Positions 13,761-29,604 of a stretch of DNA of 64,000 nucleotides are shown here, one piece after another. Source of the DNA: Eledone cirrhosa (Eukaryota). A program made the translations under genes and the position numbers. How positions within the stretch are numbered: position 1 is the stretch's first letter; every line of letters starts with the position of its first letter. The stretch is taken from positions 301,072,001 to 301,136,000 of the forward strand of contig OZ024743.1 in assembly GCA_964016885.1 (NCBI GenBank). Direction: 5' to 3'. Under the pieces are notes generated by a model, which made no database searches, was not told where the DNA came from, and saw nothing but the letters and a program-made list of their open reading frames with translations.

Positions 13761-14544
13761 AAGATTAAGGGTTGCCTTAGTGTGTTTGAAAATAAGTAAA
13801 ATAAATAATATTCGATGATTAGTGAACGAGACGTTGTTCCCGTGCCATGAAGCTATCGATAACAATATTTCTCTTTGATGAGGAAAAATAGTAATAAATT
13901 ATAAATTCTTAACCTTTTAGCAAAGTGAAAAGATAAAGCCAAAAAAACGCTGAAAATATAATTTTTCTCATTGACTTTCTTTCTCTCTTGAATTGAAATT
14001 TACCAAAAAAACATTTCGACAGATTGGAAATAGTTGATAAAGATTATATCTCTCTTAAAATGTTGTGCGCACGGCTGACTAGCTAGGTATTTTCATGTCA
14101 ATTAGTCTACCTACCCACTCCCCTTTTATTTTCGCATGTCTAGGATCTCACCGCTAAGAAGGTAATAAATAAAATACATGACATTTACCAGGATTATACC
14201 AGCCATTTGATCCAAGATAACCTCCCCACCTAGATCACAGACCACTTCCGAGAAAAAAACTAGAAAACCACAAACACTGAAAATTTTGTTTGATTTTTTT
14301 GTTTTTTGCTTTGACTGTATGCCCATATATGGACTGTACTCCTTGATAAGTTCAGCTAGATTCCTGCCGTTTCATGACCAGTGATGAGTTCGAATGTAGC
14401 TGTCGAAACGCCCGGAGCTCAGCCGTCGGATGCTGATACTTTTTTATATTAACCCATCTACAACCCCAAGTATCGAGTAGTACTCTGGTGGCTACTGGTC
14501 CACCTGGTATTTTCCACACCTTTTCTGATATATATATATATCAC

Positions 14545-15260
14545 ATAAGAAACGGAGAATCAGTGAGGCGACGAATAAGATTCATTAGACATATTACAAT
14601 CGTTTCTCTGGCGACCAGCTCGAGGCACGATCGATGCAATGATCAAACCTAACCCTGAAATCACAAGATCTTCGGATATGTCTCGATTCTACGACGCAGA
14701 GTTTCCAAAAAAAGAAAAAAAAGAACGTACACATATATTGTATATCCTGCACGGAACAATAGAATGACCTTGGACAAATTGTAGCCATCGATCAGGTAAA
14801 GATGTGAAACACGACCTAAAAGACAGTTTGTGATTTGCAAGAATGTCACTTTTAATTACCACAATATCCATTTAATCATGTAGTTCAACGAAAGAGAGGG
14901 AGTGAAGATGGTAAAACATACGGTCTTTTATGGGATGAACATCGAAGATGCATTCGACAGGAAGACCAGGAAGTACAATGAGGTGGTTGAAAATTATACA
15001 ACTTATAGTATGCGGGCATCCAATTTAGGTATAGATTTAGGGGTCAGAGGATTTGTCCAAACCAAGATTGACTCATGGGTTGTTAACTGGCGGCAAAGTA
15101 AATGAAATACTATTCGAGGACATTATCGGAGGCAGATGAGATAGTGCCTTACTGCATCTAGCTCAAAATATATGATGAGTGGTTCAGTTGACACATCGAG
15201 ATTGATTGAGACGTCTACAACGGATTCACAGCACCAGACTCATCAATATTGAAGAAGGAC
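14545..15260 (+). mobile_element. Decayed restriction-like endonuclease (RLE) non-LTR remnant
   Basis: ORF 14902-15105 NIEDAFDRKTRKYNEVV...GIDLGVRGF resembles the RLE terminal motif (NIE-A-RK-KY...EVG-RGF). Confidence 0.5.
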
Positions 15261-15409
15261 TGACGCGTTGAAGTGGACGGTGTCACAAACTCCGGTTCAC
15301 GGCAGATAATACTAACGTGCACCTATTAAACTACCTACATAGGTCTGGTGATGTAGTGAATGGGCCGAAATACTTACAGAATTACTTCAACACATCTATA
15401 TGAAGCAAC

Positions 15410-15455
<46 letters not shown>

Positions 15456-15676
15456 TCACAACGAAACTTGTATTTAATGGGATTATAATCACATTCGCTC
15501 TTATAAATATCCTGAAATGAACGTCGGAATTACCATATAATTAGGGCACTCGTTGGTAGTCAATTAAGATTTATATTAAGAAGTGCACAAAGCAGCGACA
15601 GTGTATGATGAAATTATCTCTAAATATATACAGAGTAAATAGCAGGGGCTTCAAATATATACATATATATATATAT

Positions 15677-15737
<61 letters not shown>

Positions 15738-15740
<3 letters not shown>

Positions 15741-18520
15741 CTTTCTTTTTATTTGCCACCAGGGCATCAACAGTGGGACAAGTACAAAGGGGGGAGTTTA
15801 CATGCAAAGGCGTCCTCAATATGGAGGAGGCAATAACAAGATATAAAAGTATAAAAATAAAATTAAATATAACAAAATACATTTTGCAACAAAATCCTCA
15901 ATAGGGAGGAGGCGCCTTGGGGGTTCGCACACACCCCCGAAAAGAAGTGTGCAACCCTTCTCCTCAGGAGCACAGAGAGGGGGTGCTCCCTTGATCTTTC
16001 ATATTCCTCACCTATAGTTTGATGTAGAGTGAAGGCCCATTCATACGGGCCATTCTCGCAACTTTCACCCATCTTTCATAAAAACGGCTGGGGTGCAGCA
16101 CCTCTCTCTCCATCCTGATCCTTCTTCCGAAATGATATCGGAAGAAACGGACCAGTTGTTGGCCAGAGAGAAAGGTGCCTGACCTCAGTCCTTTCAGACG
16201 CGTCCTCCATACAACCTCTTTCGCCATGGCTATTACGCACAGAAACACCGCCTCTCCTTCGTTTTTGAAGAGGGGAGGCAGCTTGATGGTTACAATAGAC
16301 TCAGTGGTCAACCGGATCGGTCCTACCCTTGACAGCAGCTGTTCGACATAGCCCCACAGATCGGCAATGCCCGAGCAGTGTACCAATGCGTGTGCGACGG
16401 TTTCCTCGTCGCACACGCATCTGGGACAGATCTTTTTCGAGGGGCCCTACCCGGGCGCCCGTGTCTGTAGAGCCTTTCTTGAACGGGCAGAGCCCTCGGT
16501 AGCATTGCCAGGCCAGGGACCTCTGGAAGTTATCCCTGGGTCCGGGCTGAATGTCCTACCGAACAGGTTGTCCAGTTCGTCTTCCTCCATGCCTAGGGCT
16601 TCTCCGAGGGCGTCGTCGCACCTGCTAACCACTAGCTTTCTATAGAATGACGAGGTGGATTCTCCACTGACAGCCGAGTCCACCTGCCAGAGAGCCGTGA
16701 GCGCCTGGGCACACTCGGTGTGCTAGGCGCCCAGTTTTCTCGGTCTTTGCTTGACCCAGGATTGCAGCTCGGTGAGCGAGACGAATCTGGGAAAGACTCG
16801 CCTCAAAAACGGGGCCCACACCGGTTGACCGGTGAGGAATACCTGGAGGTGCCGTAGCCTTAATGCGTGTTTACGTATCATTAGTCACCGCATCCCCAGC
16901 CCTCCTTTCGAAGGGTGTTGACAGCAGTTGGATCTCCTCACCATAGGAGCCCGCTTCTTCCAAAGGAATTGGCAGTGTGCGCGCCCCATTTTGGCGAGCG
17001 TTTCCCTTGGGCAAGGCACAACGATCAGGCGGTAGTAGATGACGGACGCTATATAAGTGTTCGCCACCTCCGCCCGACCTTTCAGGGACAGTGTGCACTC
17101 GGCCCACTTCTGGGTCAGTGCAAACACCCTGTTCGTTACCTCACCCCAGTTCTTCTCCACCTGGAGGTCTGGTACAAACCAGACCCCGAGCAACTTCACC
17201 GGGACTTCCGTCCAGCGCCCGACGACGACATCGGAGGGCATCGATCTGCCCCTCCACGTGCCGAGTTGCAGACCGAACAACTTGTCCCGGTTCAGCTTAG
17301 CCCCTGTAAACCTTTCGTACTCCTCCAGTAAGGTGCCGATCGCCCCGATTTCCGAGGCCGTCAAAACCATTACTGTTACATCGTCGGCGTAGGCCGCCAC
17401 CGCTTTCCGCAATCCCGGTTCCAACGGGATGCCCTGCAACAACTCCAACTGCCGCAGCAGTGGCTCTAGAGTCATTACATACAGAAGGGAGGAGAGAGGG
17501 CACACTTGTCGGATTGACCGCACGATTTCGAAAGGCTCCGAGAGGTAGCCGTTCACCTTGCCCCTAGAGCAGATGCGGCTGCTGTGCATGGCATTGATCC
17601 AGCCCCTGAAAACGGGTCCGAAGCCTGCCGCCGCTAGCACTGCATCCAGGTAACCATGGTGGACCCTATCGAACGCCTTAGATTGATCCAAGATGATCAA
17701 GGCCCCAACAACGCCGGGTTCGTTCCCAACCCTCTCTATGATGTATCGCATGAGGTGGAGGTTGTCGTGGATGGACCTGGACGGGATAGCACATGTCTGC
17801 GCATCTCCCACCAGGTTGCCCACGTCAAGCGCCAACCTCCTTGCTAGCACCTTGGCCAAAATCTGTAACTCTGTATTTAGCAGAGTTATGGGCCTGAAAT
17901 TATTTATATCGTGCCCCTTGTTCTCGTCCTTCCTCACTAGCGTGACTACGCACTTGGTCACAGCACAGGGAATTCTACCGTTCTGTAGCCAGTTGCAGCA
18001 GACCGCCTCGAGGAGATCGGGGAACTAGTCCGGCATAGCTAGATACAGTTCGTATGGAAGACCATCGTGACCCGGGGATTTGCGTTTGCCGCATTGGCTC
18101 AGCACGTCCTCTATCTCAGCGGCTGAAATCGACTCCTCGCAGGACTTCGCCTCCCTGTCCGAGAGACGCGGCAGTCCGTCGAGGTATGGACCTAAGTCCA
18201 CATCCCCAACCGGCTCCCCGCCCCTTCCGAACAATCCGGAATAGTGCTTTTGAAAAGCCTCGGACATCTGCTTAGGTTCAAGGATCACCCGTCCTTCCTG
18301 GTCTCGCAAAGACTGGATAGTGGATCTGCTCCCTCTTTTGGCTTCTGTCACGCGGGCTCAGCTAACAGCTTTGGTCCGCTCGTTTCCCAGAGCACGTATT
18401 TTGCTTCGAATGATGCAGCCTTCGTGTTTCGCGTCGAAGAACTGGCCCAGGGACGTTCTCGACGCTAGCACTCTGGCCACGTTGCCGCTTCAAATTGCCT
18501 CTTCTACACTATCTACCAGC
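15738..18520 (-). mobile_element. 5'-truncated Tx1/L1-clade LINE (RT plus C-terminal Cys/His motif), disrupted
   Basis: KSPGHDGLPYE, NFRPITLLNTELQILAKVLARRL, LDQSKAFDRV, CPLSSLLY, AYADD, GGLG, C-ETVAHALVHC. AATAAA-type 3' end abuts (GATA)n. Markedly GC-rich. Confidence 0.92.
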
Positions 18521-18682
18521 TCCCTTTCCTTCCTATTTCTATTTCCTTCCTATTTCTATTTAAGGCTATTTCTATTCAAACACACTGACAAACACACCCA
18601 TATATATATATATATATATATATAAATAATTATACACAGGTGGGTATGATTGTGTATAAAAGATTATATTAATAAAAGGAAT

Positions 18683-18821
18683 AAAAACAAGTACTTTCAT
18701 ACTTTCGCTCTCTTCAGGTTCATATTCAGTTGTGACAGTCAAGTTTGTAGAAAAGTTGCAAACTTGACTGTCAACTCTGAATAAGAACCTGAAGATTGCG
18801 AAAGCATGAAAGTACTTCTTC
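18683..18821. ncRNA. Fold-back pair of minimal hammerhead motifs (18683-18723 minus; 18785-18821 plus)
   Basis: GAAC-CTGAAGA-TTGC gaaa GCAT-GAAAG TA CTT, with palindromic AGTACT stem III, in the arms of an inverted repeat. Confidence 0.6.
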
Positions 18822-18984
18822 AATTAACATTTAACATTTAATATCGTACCATACTATTTCATTAGAATATCATTATAATTTCAAAGGATTGTAAATAAAA
18901 CGAGTAAATCAGAAAAAGCTGGAATTCCTTTTATTAATATATATATATAAATATATATGATATATATATATATATATATACATA

Positions 18985-19029
<45 letters not shown>

Positions 19030-19182
19030 CGAAAGAAGTGAGGTTAGCAACCAGGTGGAGCAGAGTACTCGCTACTTTGGGTAATAGAGTGGGTAATAGG
19101 AAAAGGGTCAGAACCGCGACAGCTAGTTCAGAACTAGGTGTCAAAACGACTGGAACTCAGCCGCCGGGGTCCTGACTCTTTT

Positions 19183-19311
<129 letters not shown>

Positions 19312-19687
19312 TATATACAAGTTGGTATAAATCCCTATATGAAAAATCAGGTGAACACAGTGCAGGATATGTTGGAAGAGAGCTTATTCAGTGTAAACAA
19401 AGTTTCATATGCGTATCATGTATGTGCTACCACTGGTAGCGGAGTCGAGTCATGGCCATCATTTTATAATGGAGGAGGCAATTTTAAACATGCTCTTCAT
19501 TAAAGCACGCTCGAACATTTATATGGAATATAAATCTTTATTATCAGCAGTGATATTTGGATTAGAGATATTATACAGTCGTGGCCATGACTTGATACCG
19601 AAACCATGGTAGCACATGCATGTTAAGTGTATATATATATTTCACCTTAGCGGATCCTCAGCTCGTAATATATATATATATATATTA

Positions 19688-19725
19688 CGAGCTGAGGATC
19701 CGCTAAGGTGAAACAATTGTTCTCG
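19688..19725 (+). ncRNA. Minimal type I hammerhead
   Basis: CGAG-CTGAGGA-TCC gctaa GGT-GAAAC AATT GTT-CTCG. Partial inverted copy at ~19641-19670. Confidence 0.7.
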
Positions 19726-19755
19726 GTATGGTGAACTAACTGTTATGTAACCACT

Positions 19756-19855
<100 letters not shown>

Positions 19856-19925
19856 TATGTAGTAATTAGCCATTACTGCATTCAGGATAACTCTAAGCAT
19901 TTCTTGCACAACCTAATAATATATA

Positions 19926-19961
<36 letters not shown>

Positions 19962-20005
19962 TGAAAAAGAACAAAGGAACTATTATGACATTACAACAAG
20001 TTTAT

Positions 20006-20052
20006 TGCCGACAGCCGTTTCGTCCGACCATATGGAGGGACTTTTCAAGGCA
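20006..20052 (-). ncRNA. Hammerhead with U3-A8 core variant
   Basis: Minus strand TGCC-TTGAAAA-GTCC...GGAC-GAAAC GGCT GTC-GGCA. Confidence 0.7.
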
Positions 20053-20706
20053 TATAACATGTGATTGTAAGTTCATTATTTACATCAACGTATCACTTAA
20101 GACTAGCAGTTTGAAATTGTGGTATACATCAGCAGCTCCGCTTGTATATTTGGTGTCTATATTCTAAGGGGGCTCTTTTATATTAGTTGTCGGAATTGGG
20201 GAGTTAAGAGAATTTGAAAAGGGCCTAAGAGTCAGGGATTGAAGGTTAACATTTAGATAATTTATAATTTACGCATTAAAAGTAAAAGACTTGGGATCTC
20301 GTAGAAGCACCTTAAAAAATCCCTCAATAAGTGCATAAAGCTTACAAGCCCCAATAAACTTAACAAACTAGAAGAGATTAAGAGGCTAATAAAATAAAAA
20401 AATAAAGATATATAGTTTCCCTAAAAAAATATAAAGTTTCCTAAGAAGTTCCTTCGAGAGAAAAAACATTTTTTTCGAAAGAAGAAAACTTTCTTCCCCA
20501 GAGATCACGTTAAAAAATTTCAGAAAATTTACGGAGGTTTGATAATCCCTACTAAGTTGAAAGAAACTAATCAAGTAATGGTTAATTCAATAAGCCTTCA
20601 ATAAACCCCTCAGAAAAGGCCCCTTTAATATTTTTAATAGGAACCTCCTCCGAGAGACCCTTCGAAGAATTAACATTTTAGAGAGCCTTTAAGGATATAT
20701 ATAAAC

Positions 20707-20756
<50 letters not shown>

Positions 20757-21066
20757 GCAAAAGTTCTACTTAAAGTTGTTAGGATACAACAAGTAAATAT
20801 TTTTATAACTGATATAAAGCACTCGACAAGTTTTTGGAGTAGATATACGATATTAATAAATGGAAACTATATTTATAAAACCATATTTATTTCATTATAC
20901 ATATTCAGACAAAATACAATATATAACAGTTTTACAAATAGCTTTGACGTACCCTTTAAAATACAACCATTACTTACGGGGATACCATAATTTAATATGG
21001 TATCCCTGAAATATGTATAATGAAATAAATATGGTTTTATAAATATAGTTTCCATTTATTAATATC

Positions 21067-22226
<1,160 letters not shown>

Positions 22227-22620
22227 AGAACACACACACGCACAAACAGATGTGTATACATATTTATCTGTGCATCTGTGTGTTTGTTTGTCTGAGTATA
22301 CATGTGAGCGTTTATGAATGGGTATGACAAGGCACGACAAAATCGAATGCTGCTCTTCATTGTCTATGTATTACCAACGCTGTCTTAGATATTTGATAAA
22401 TAGCTTTCGACAAAATTACATTCGAATATTTACACTGATCGATATGAATGAGTTTCCTTGTCATTGTCGCCAAACAATAATGTAAAAGATTCATGGTAAA
22501 AGAAGACAAAAATATCTGTGTGCGCGTATATGCGATAAAAACAGAAAAATATATGTGTGTAAGTGTATGCATGCATATGTATTTTTTTATATATATATAC
22601 ATAAATACACACACACACAC

Positions 22621-22662
<42 letters not shown>

Positions 22663-22747
22663 GTAGGTCCCGGGTTGAGTCGGGGATAAACACAGTAAGT
22701 AAGGTACTCAATACCTGGCAGAGTAACATTTTTTTATTTTATAGAAG

Positions 22748-22800
22748 AAGCTTCTACAGGACTAGTACTGTTTCATTCAGATGAAATCTTCAGGAAGCTC
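22748..22800 (-). ncRNA. Type I hammerhead in a short PLE-terminal-repeat-like insert
   Basis: Minus strand GAGCTTC-CTGAAGA-TTTC atct GAAT-GAAACAG tactagtc CTGTA-GAAGCTT. Confidence 0.78.
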
Positions 22801-23013
22801 TATATATATATATAGTTATGTAATAAACAACATAAGGCAATTATTTCATTTACCAGTTGTTTCTTAAAAGCAAAAACATTTTGCTTTCAATCATCAGAAT
22901 GAAAAAATCCTGGTGTATTTATCGGCCTTGGATTTTAAAAACAAAAATATAATCTATATGAAAGTGAGGCTGGAAAAGGAAGAAGGAAAGAAAAAAGAAA
23001 AACACACATGCAA

Positions 23014-23048
<35 letters not shown>

Positions 23049-25511
23049 AATAAATATATATATATATACACATAAACTAAGAATGGAGCTATTTAAACAA
23101 CAAGATATATTAGATAAGTATAAATTCAGGATAAAGGTAGCTTAACACATGTCATGTTTTATTTTCAATTTTCCCTACTCAGAATCATAAAGAAGTACTT
23201 TAGTTTCATGACTTTTTTTCTTTAGCAAAGCACGTGATAAATTAGAAGACCGTGTGGTGTGATATTATGCTATTGACTGATACAGGCGTTCTAAATATCT
23301 AATGACGATATTTAGTTGATTACATGGCAATAATTTAATGTTAGATATCTCAACTTGCAATTTAGCTCCATTAAACTCATCGACGTAATTTTTCTCTCGA
23401 ACTAATCTATTTTAATGAGTGTCCTAATCTTTTGTTTTTATTGTATTAGTCTCACAGTGTGAAGTGAGATGGAATTGATTTTTTTTCTTGTATGAATATG
23501 TGTGCAGTCATCTATTAAACCGAATCCTAAATAGCGGTCAGATTATATAGAGAAATATATTTTAAGAATTCAATTTATCTTCTTTATATAAAATGCAGTA
23601 AATATACGATAGACTCCTGTTACATTTTATGTGCGATGCTTTATCTTTTCGCAAAAAATCTCTTTTGAAAGCTCTAATAGCTAACTTAATTACATTTTAG
23701 CAAGTTAGGTGATCAGAGCAATATTATGTAACGGGCAGATAATTAAAATGTTACTTTTACCTATGGCTAGCTGGCACTTAATCATATTGGTTTTTATAAC
23801 GCCTTAATCTTCTTCTATTTGTTAGTCAGATATATTCTGTCATTATTGGTCACTGACCCGAAATTGCTGGGTTTTCCGCCCTTCAATCACATTTCCATCT
23901 TCTCACTTGTTCTTTAACTGCATTGACTCATATAATAGAGTCTTCTCCTCATCTAGGACCAACTCTGTACATCCGTTTCAATAGTTTCTGTTTCGCCTAT
24001 ATTGTATTTACATAAGCGTCCTTCCTTCAACCATTTCTTCATATCTCTTCTTCAACATTTCTTGTAAACATGTTAGTGGTACCATCTTTATTGCAGTAGA
24101 AACAATAATAATAGAATCAAGTTAATTGTCCAAACCGAAATTACCTATCGCAGATTTACAGAATTTCACCCGTGACGTGACCGCTACAATTACTGAGATG
24201 AAAAGCTGTCAAATAACGCTGATCATTAGAAATCATTAGAAAAAACACTGGAAAGCAAAGCTGAGTGCAATGGAAATATAAACAGCGAAGCTTGTACTGG
24301 TGCCAATTTCACAATCTATTACATTCTTAGTTGAATATTAGCTACATATAGCGATAATCCCTGAATCATTTTAAGGACATAGGAATACATTATATATTGT
24401 TAATGTTTCTTAATACATCTCTTGCAGAATTGCTCCTATGGTTTACAATGTAGAGAAAACCGCGCTTAACGTTTCAGGGCATAAAGGTTTCGTTCTTCCA
24501 TGATCTCATATACGTTATACAACAACTTTATAACTCACAAAAAAAATTCTAAAACCCTAATCTTGATTACTGCTATTCACCCAGCCTGCTGAAATAGGTC
24601 CACAGATACATCCAGTCTGTTCACAAGACTGTTACCGCTGATCTTATTATCCATGGACGCTAACTTTACAGGTCGGACAAAATCTGCAGTTCTATGTCAG
24701 TAATCAATTGCCCCTTAATGTGAGAAAATTTGTCAATATAATTTTGAACTTATCAGAAACTTTCCTCAATAATGTGCATAGTCGTCTAGTTAATTTTTAC
24801 ACCTATGGAATACATTCATCTTTATTCTCTTCTATAGGGCGCTTAATATCAGATCACCCTTTTCTTTTTGCGGCCTCTTCATGCACAGTCATGTTCATAT
24901 TTACTTCATGTATAGTTCAGTTAATTTCCCTACATGTTTCTTTTATTTTAATGAACAGCTTTCAATCATATCAAACGCTTCGCAATCCAATACGTACCTC
25001 ATTATTCTATGAGCTTCCTTAATTATCATATATTAGGTTTTACAAATATGCAATCTACATACAATATGCCAGTTTGAAGCACTATACTTAAATAGCACAC
25101 ATGAACAATATTTCGCACAATTAAGGAAACCATGTCATATATTGATATATCTACTTATCTTACATGCAATGAAAGGGTTTCAAAGTTGCTAGGGTTCAAA
25201 GTTCCCATCCCTCGCAGTCAGAAAGCACACTGTCACTCACCACTTCGTATTTCATCATAATCTCTTAAATGTAGCGAAATGCTTTCTTTTACAGAGTCAT
25301 CTCCACGAAATGCGATGGGGCTACGATCACGTCCACCAGCGTCTCCCTTTCTTTATAAAACCCTGCATTATTTCTACGTATATATGTGTAGGCCAAATTT
25401 CGTAGGAATAAAGCCAACTGTGTTTAACTATGGCATTGAGGAACAATCAACATGTTTCTGGATCATTATCCTTCATCAGGACTGCATACCTCTGCCAATT
25501 TGTATATATCT

Positions 25512-26968
25512 ACTAGCAGTGGTACCCGGCGTTGTACGGGATAAGGTATATTGGAACGCGTGCCGCCTTCAGACCTAATCGTGGAAAAACTGCATGCCTG
25601 GACAATATGTAAAGAAAATAAACCGAATACTCTGGTGGCTGGATAATCTATAAGATTTTCCTCGATGAAGCAGGAAAAATGCAGGTTTTCACCTAATGCT
25701 GGCCCTAGGGGATCAAGAAAATTAATTTTTTTTTATGTGCATAATATGCCTTTAAATTTCGGGAAAATCGGCTAGACTTAATGCCTCCAAAAAGCCCTAA
25801 GAAGCTGAAAAAATGAAGCTTTTCACCTAATGTGGGCCCTAGGCCATAACAAAAGTTGGATTTTCTTTCCTTACGGTATGAAGAAAAGACTGACTAATAC
25901 ATAGTTACAATTTCAAGGAAATCGGTCTGACGTAACGTCTCAAAAAATCCCTAAAAATCTTTAAAAACGCAGTTTTTCACCTAACGCGGAACATAGGAGA
26001 TGAAAAAAAGGTAAATTTAATTATGTGCATAACACTCCCTGAAACATAAGTAATACACATGTAAAGTTTGAAAAACATCATTTGGGTACTTCTCGAGTTT
26101 TCTGGATTCAAACTCACACACACACACACACACACACATCCTCGGGGAAGTGACGTAATGCAGGCAGGCAGACATAGAGACAGATATTATAAGGGCGCGA
26201 CGTTATTTGTATGTATCTATCTAAAATGAGAAAGACTAAGAATTATAGAGCGAGATCGCTAAATCCCCTAATGCGGTCTGTAGGGCATTGACAATTTAAT
26301 TTTCTTTCCTCAGAACAGTCCCTGAAACATAAGTATTACATGTGTAAAATTTGAAAACAGTCGGTTTGGTGCTTCTCTACAATACTAAGCGGTAAAATAG
26401 CAACTTTTGTTCTCGTAAAAGCACCTAAGTAAACACACTGAAGCTATTACAGCGATGTTTTTCTTTACCGGCTTTAATTTTTAGTGTTGTGTGAAATATA
26501 TAACCTGAAAACCTGATTTTTGAATCGCAGCAGGGTCGACTTTATTTCACTCGCCCCACTAAAAGTTGGATTTTCTTTGCTCACGGTATGAAGAAGAGAC
26601 TGACTAATGCATAGTTACCGGCTTTCATTTTTAGTGTCGTGTTAAATATATAACCGTCTTAGCTAAGCTTAGTATTACTGACGTAATGCAGACAGTCACA
26701 CATAGAGACAGATAATATATGGGCGCGACGTTATATGTAAGTATCTCTAAAAAGAGAAATACTAAGAATTATAGAGCGAGATCACTAAATCTCTTGATAC
26801 CGTCCCTAGTGAATTTGAAATTTGAAATTTGCTTTGCTCAGAACACACCTTGAAACATAAGTATTACATGTGTAAAGTTTTAAAACAGTTGGTTGGGTGG
26901 TTCTCGAGTTTTAGGGATTCGAATTCACACACACACACAGACAGGAATCCTCAGTTTTATATATATAG
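25512..26968 (-). mobile_element. Non-autonomous Helitron-like element with internal duplications
   Basis: Minus-strand 3' end CCCGTACAACGCCGGG hairpin followed by CTAG, and 5' CTATATATATAAAAC. Duplicated CCTGAAACATAAGTA and GACGTAATGCAG blocks, related to ~4000-4110 and ~4400-4720. Confidence 0.65.
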
Positions 26969-27129
26969 CTATATATATATATTATTATACCTGGGGAGAG
27001 TCATATTGTTGTAATAATATTGCCAGAAATAATAACAGAACACACTCACTGTATCTTTTATATCTCCACAGTTAATTCATTTGGTCCTCAATGTTTATCG
27101 TTGACTGACCAACGGTAAAAAATACAGAT

Positions 27130-29344
27130 ATAAACACATATATATATATAGTCTAACAAAGTTATTTCGCTGCACATCTGCAACATCATCAGTGGTACTA
27201 TTATGTTCCTCCTGTTATATTGTATGTCTACGCCATTTTTATTTTATCTGTTTATTTCTTTATTTATTTTTGTCTTCTTCTCTGCGCATGCGTTGTGTGT
27301 GTGTATTCGCGTTTGGGTGACTGTGTTATGGTTATTGTATTCTATATTAGTTTACTAGTGTGTGTTTATATGTGTGTGTTGTCATTGTGCTTGAGTATAT
27401 ATTTATTTATTTATTTATATTTCTCTTAAGTCAGTATTGTTTGTTTGGTTGTTATTCCATTCATTTTTGTCTGTTTAGCTTTGGCCTTCTAAGCTCTATT
27501 TCTCTTGCCTCTCTGATCTGCTGGGTCATTTCTATGTTTAGATATTATTTTAATTTCTATGTTGTCTATGTTACCGTCATGTTGTTGTCTGGCTTGTTCG
27601 TATATTACTGAACCGTTTTTTTTTTTGTCCTTTTAGTCCTAGTGTTGGTCTATCCTTTCTCATATGCTTCGAGCTGTCTCGCCAATGTATGTTGTTGTCA
27701 TGTTTCTGGAAGTACTCTCTGTACATGTTATGCTATAGACTACATTTCTAGTTTTATAGTTTATCTGGGGGGTTACTTTACATATAACACGTTTCCTATT
27801 AGTACGGTGGGTTTTCTTAAACGGGTATGTTTTGCTGATCAGGGATGTTATGGTAGTTCCTGGCTTTTCTACCACTTTAACCTTTAAGTGGGTCTTTCTC
27901 AGGGCCTTTCTTCACTGGTTAGCTAATATCCTCCAGGGTTAGCGTCCACGAACATGACACTCTGGTATCTCTGTTTGTCGTACCAAGAGGTGGCTTTCCC
28001 TATCTTATGTTTTGTCCTATCTAAGCATGATTTGCTCCTGTATAATGGGCAAATTCCTTTCATATCCAGTTCTATGAGGGTCTTATACTTCTCCGTGGCT
28101 CCTTTGTATACTCTGATTCTCTCTCTTCGCTTGTAGCCAGAGAACTGCAAGCGGTTAATGAAGTGTTGGATGTGTCTTTCCATTTCTGTTGGGTCGCACA
28201 TGCGGGACACGTTCCTTATCACTCGTACCAAGTCTGCTATCAGACTACGAAACTTAGTACTACTGGACATTGCTGAGTTTTTGAGTATCAGGTTTATGGA
28301 GGCCACGAGTTTAGCGTAGTGTGAGTGGAGAATTTGGGCCCTCTCGTCTATAGTGTTAATCCAGATTTCCGTTTCTAATAAAGGTAGTCTATTCTTAGGG
28401 TGTTTGTAAAGGTAGTCGATAGTTACAGTTATACTCTGGTATATGGAGTTAGCTATCTGTTGGATGCTTTCCATTGTGCTACATTCCAAATCATATTTGT
28501 TAGTATTCTCTTGAGGGTGTGTCCTTGTTACTATATTAATATCGTCTACGTAACGAGAGTACATGATGAGGTCTATGGAGCTCTCATCAAGGAGATATTT
28601 GTGTTTCCTTTCCCACCATACCATAACAAGATTGGCAACGTCAACAAAGATGTTGACGCCAATGGATGCTACTACATTTTGGGTGTAAATATTTTTCGTT
28701 GAATTTGAATATAAGGCCCTTTAGGGTAGTTTTAATACTAGTCCATATTGCATGCACGACAATTTTTCTTACCTGATCATTGTTTTGGGGGGTCCGTATG
28801 GCTTCGGTCCACCCAATCCACCTTCCCATGGGAGTCTTTTTTGCCATTGGGGTTATGGTGGGGGGGGGGGGGGGTCTACCTCTTATGGGTCTACTGGGGC
28901 AGAAACGGCTAAGGGCATGGCTGTCTAGGTACTCGGTGACATAGGTAAGTCTACGTAGGAGGCCCAGTTCATCTGTGTCGACGTCGCAGAACGCCACCCC
29001 ACTCTCATTGATCATCACACATTTTTCCAAAGCAAAATCAATGTAAATGGATGGGTACAGTGACACTACGTTCATACTGCCTATTATGCAGTAAGATAGG
29101 TTCTTGTTTTTGTTGCACTCATTGATTCTGCTGAGGAGGTCCACTGTCCTGTCACATACATCGGGGTACATCTTGATTATGGTGCGTATAACCATTGAGA
29201 GGAAGTAGGAGATCCTATAGTTGCTAGCGATATTGGCCCCGCATACAGGTCATGTTGGTGATCCTGTTGTCGGGTCGTCGATTGTCTTATGTTCTTTGCG
29301 GAGCCAATACAAGGGTGTCATGTCACTGTTAGACGCCTGGAAGT

Positions 29345-29345
<1 letters not shown>
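27130..29345 (-). mobile_element. Decayed Penelope-like element of a different subfamily (RYVDD RT, YIGET endonuclease)
   Basis: VVSLYPSI, YSRYVDD, RLPLLETEI, FSGY, NVVYSITC...YIGETARS. Degenerate hammerhead at ~27150-27197. 5' side ends at (TA)n. Confidence 0.85.
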
Positions 29346-29397
<52 letters not shown>

Positions 29398-29456
29398 GCA
29401 GAGAGAAAAAGACGATTATTAGGAAGAAAAATATATTTTAATTGTTCTCTCTTGTT

Positions 29457-29488
<32 letters not shown>

Positions 29489-29491
29489 CAC

Positions 29492-29537
<46 letters not shown>

Positions 29538-29545
29538 ATATATAT

Positions 29546-29604
<59 letters not shown>

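Noticed and set aside
14375-14435. GAAAC-GGC...GCC-GTC family (also ~19145, ~30710, ~30890, ~31525) resembling hammerhead stem III
   Set aside because: No intact CUGANGA with a convincing stem II in any copy. Possibly decayed, so not called.
22820-25500. Host exons in unique-looking AT-rich stretches (also 5700-7200)
   Set aside because: No ORF with recognisable homology or convincing splice pattern. Short exons cannot be excluded without RNA data.
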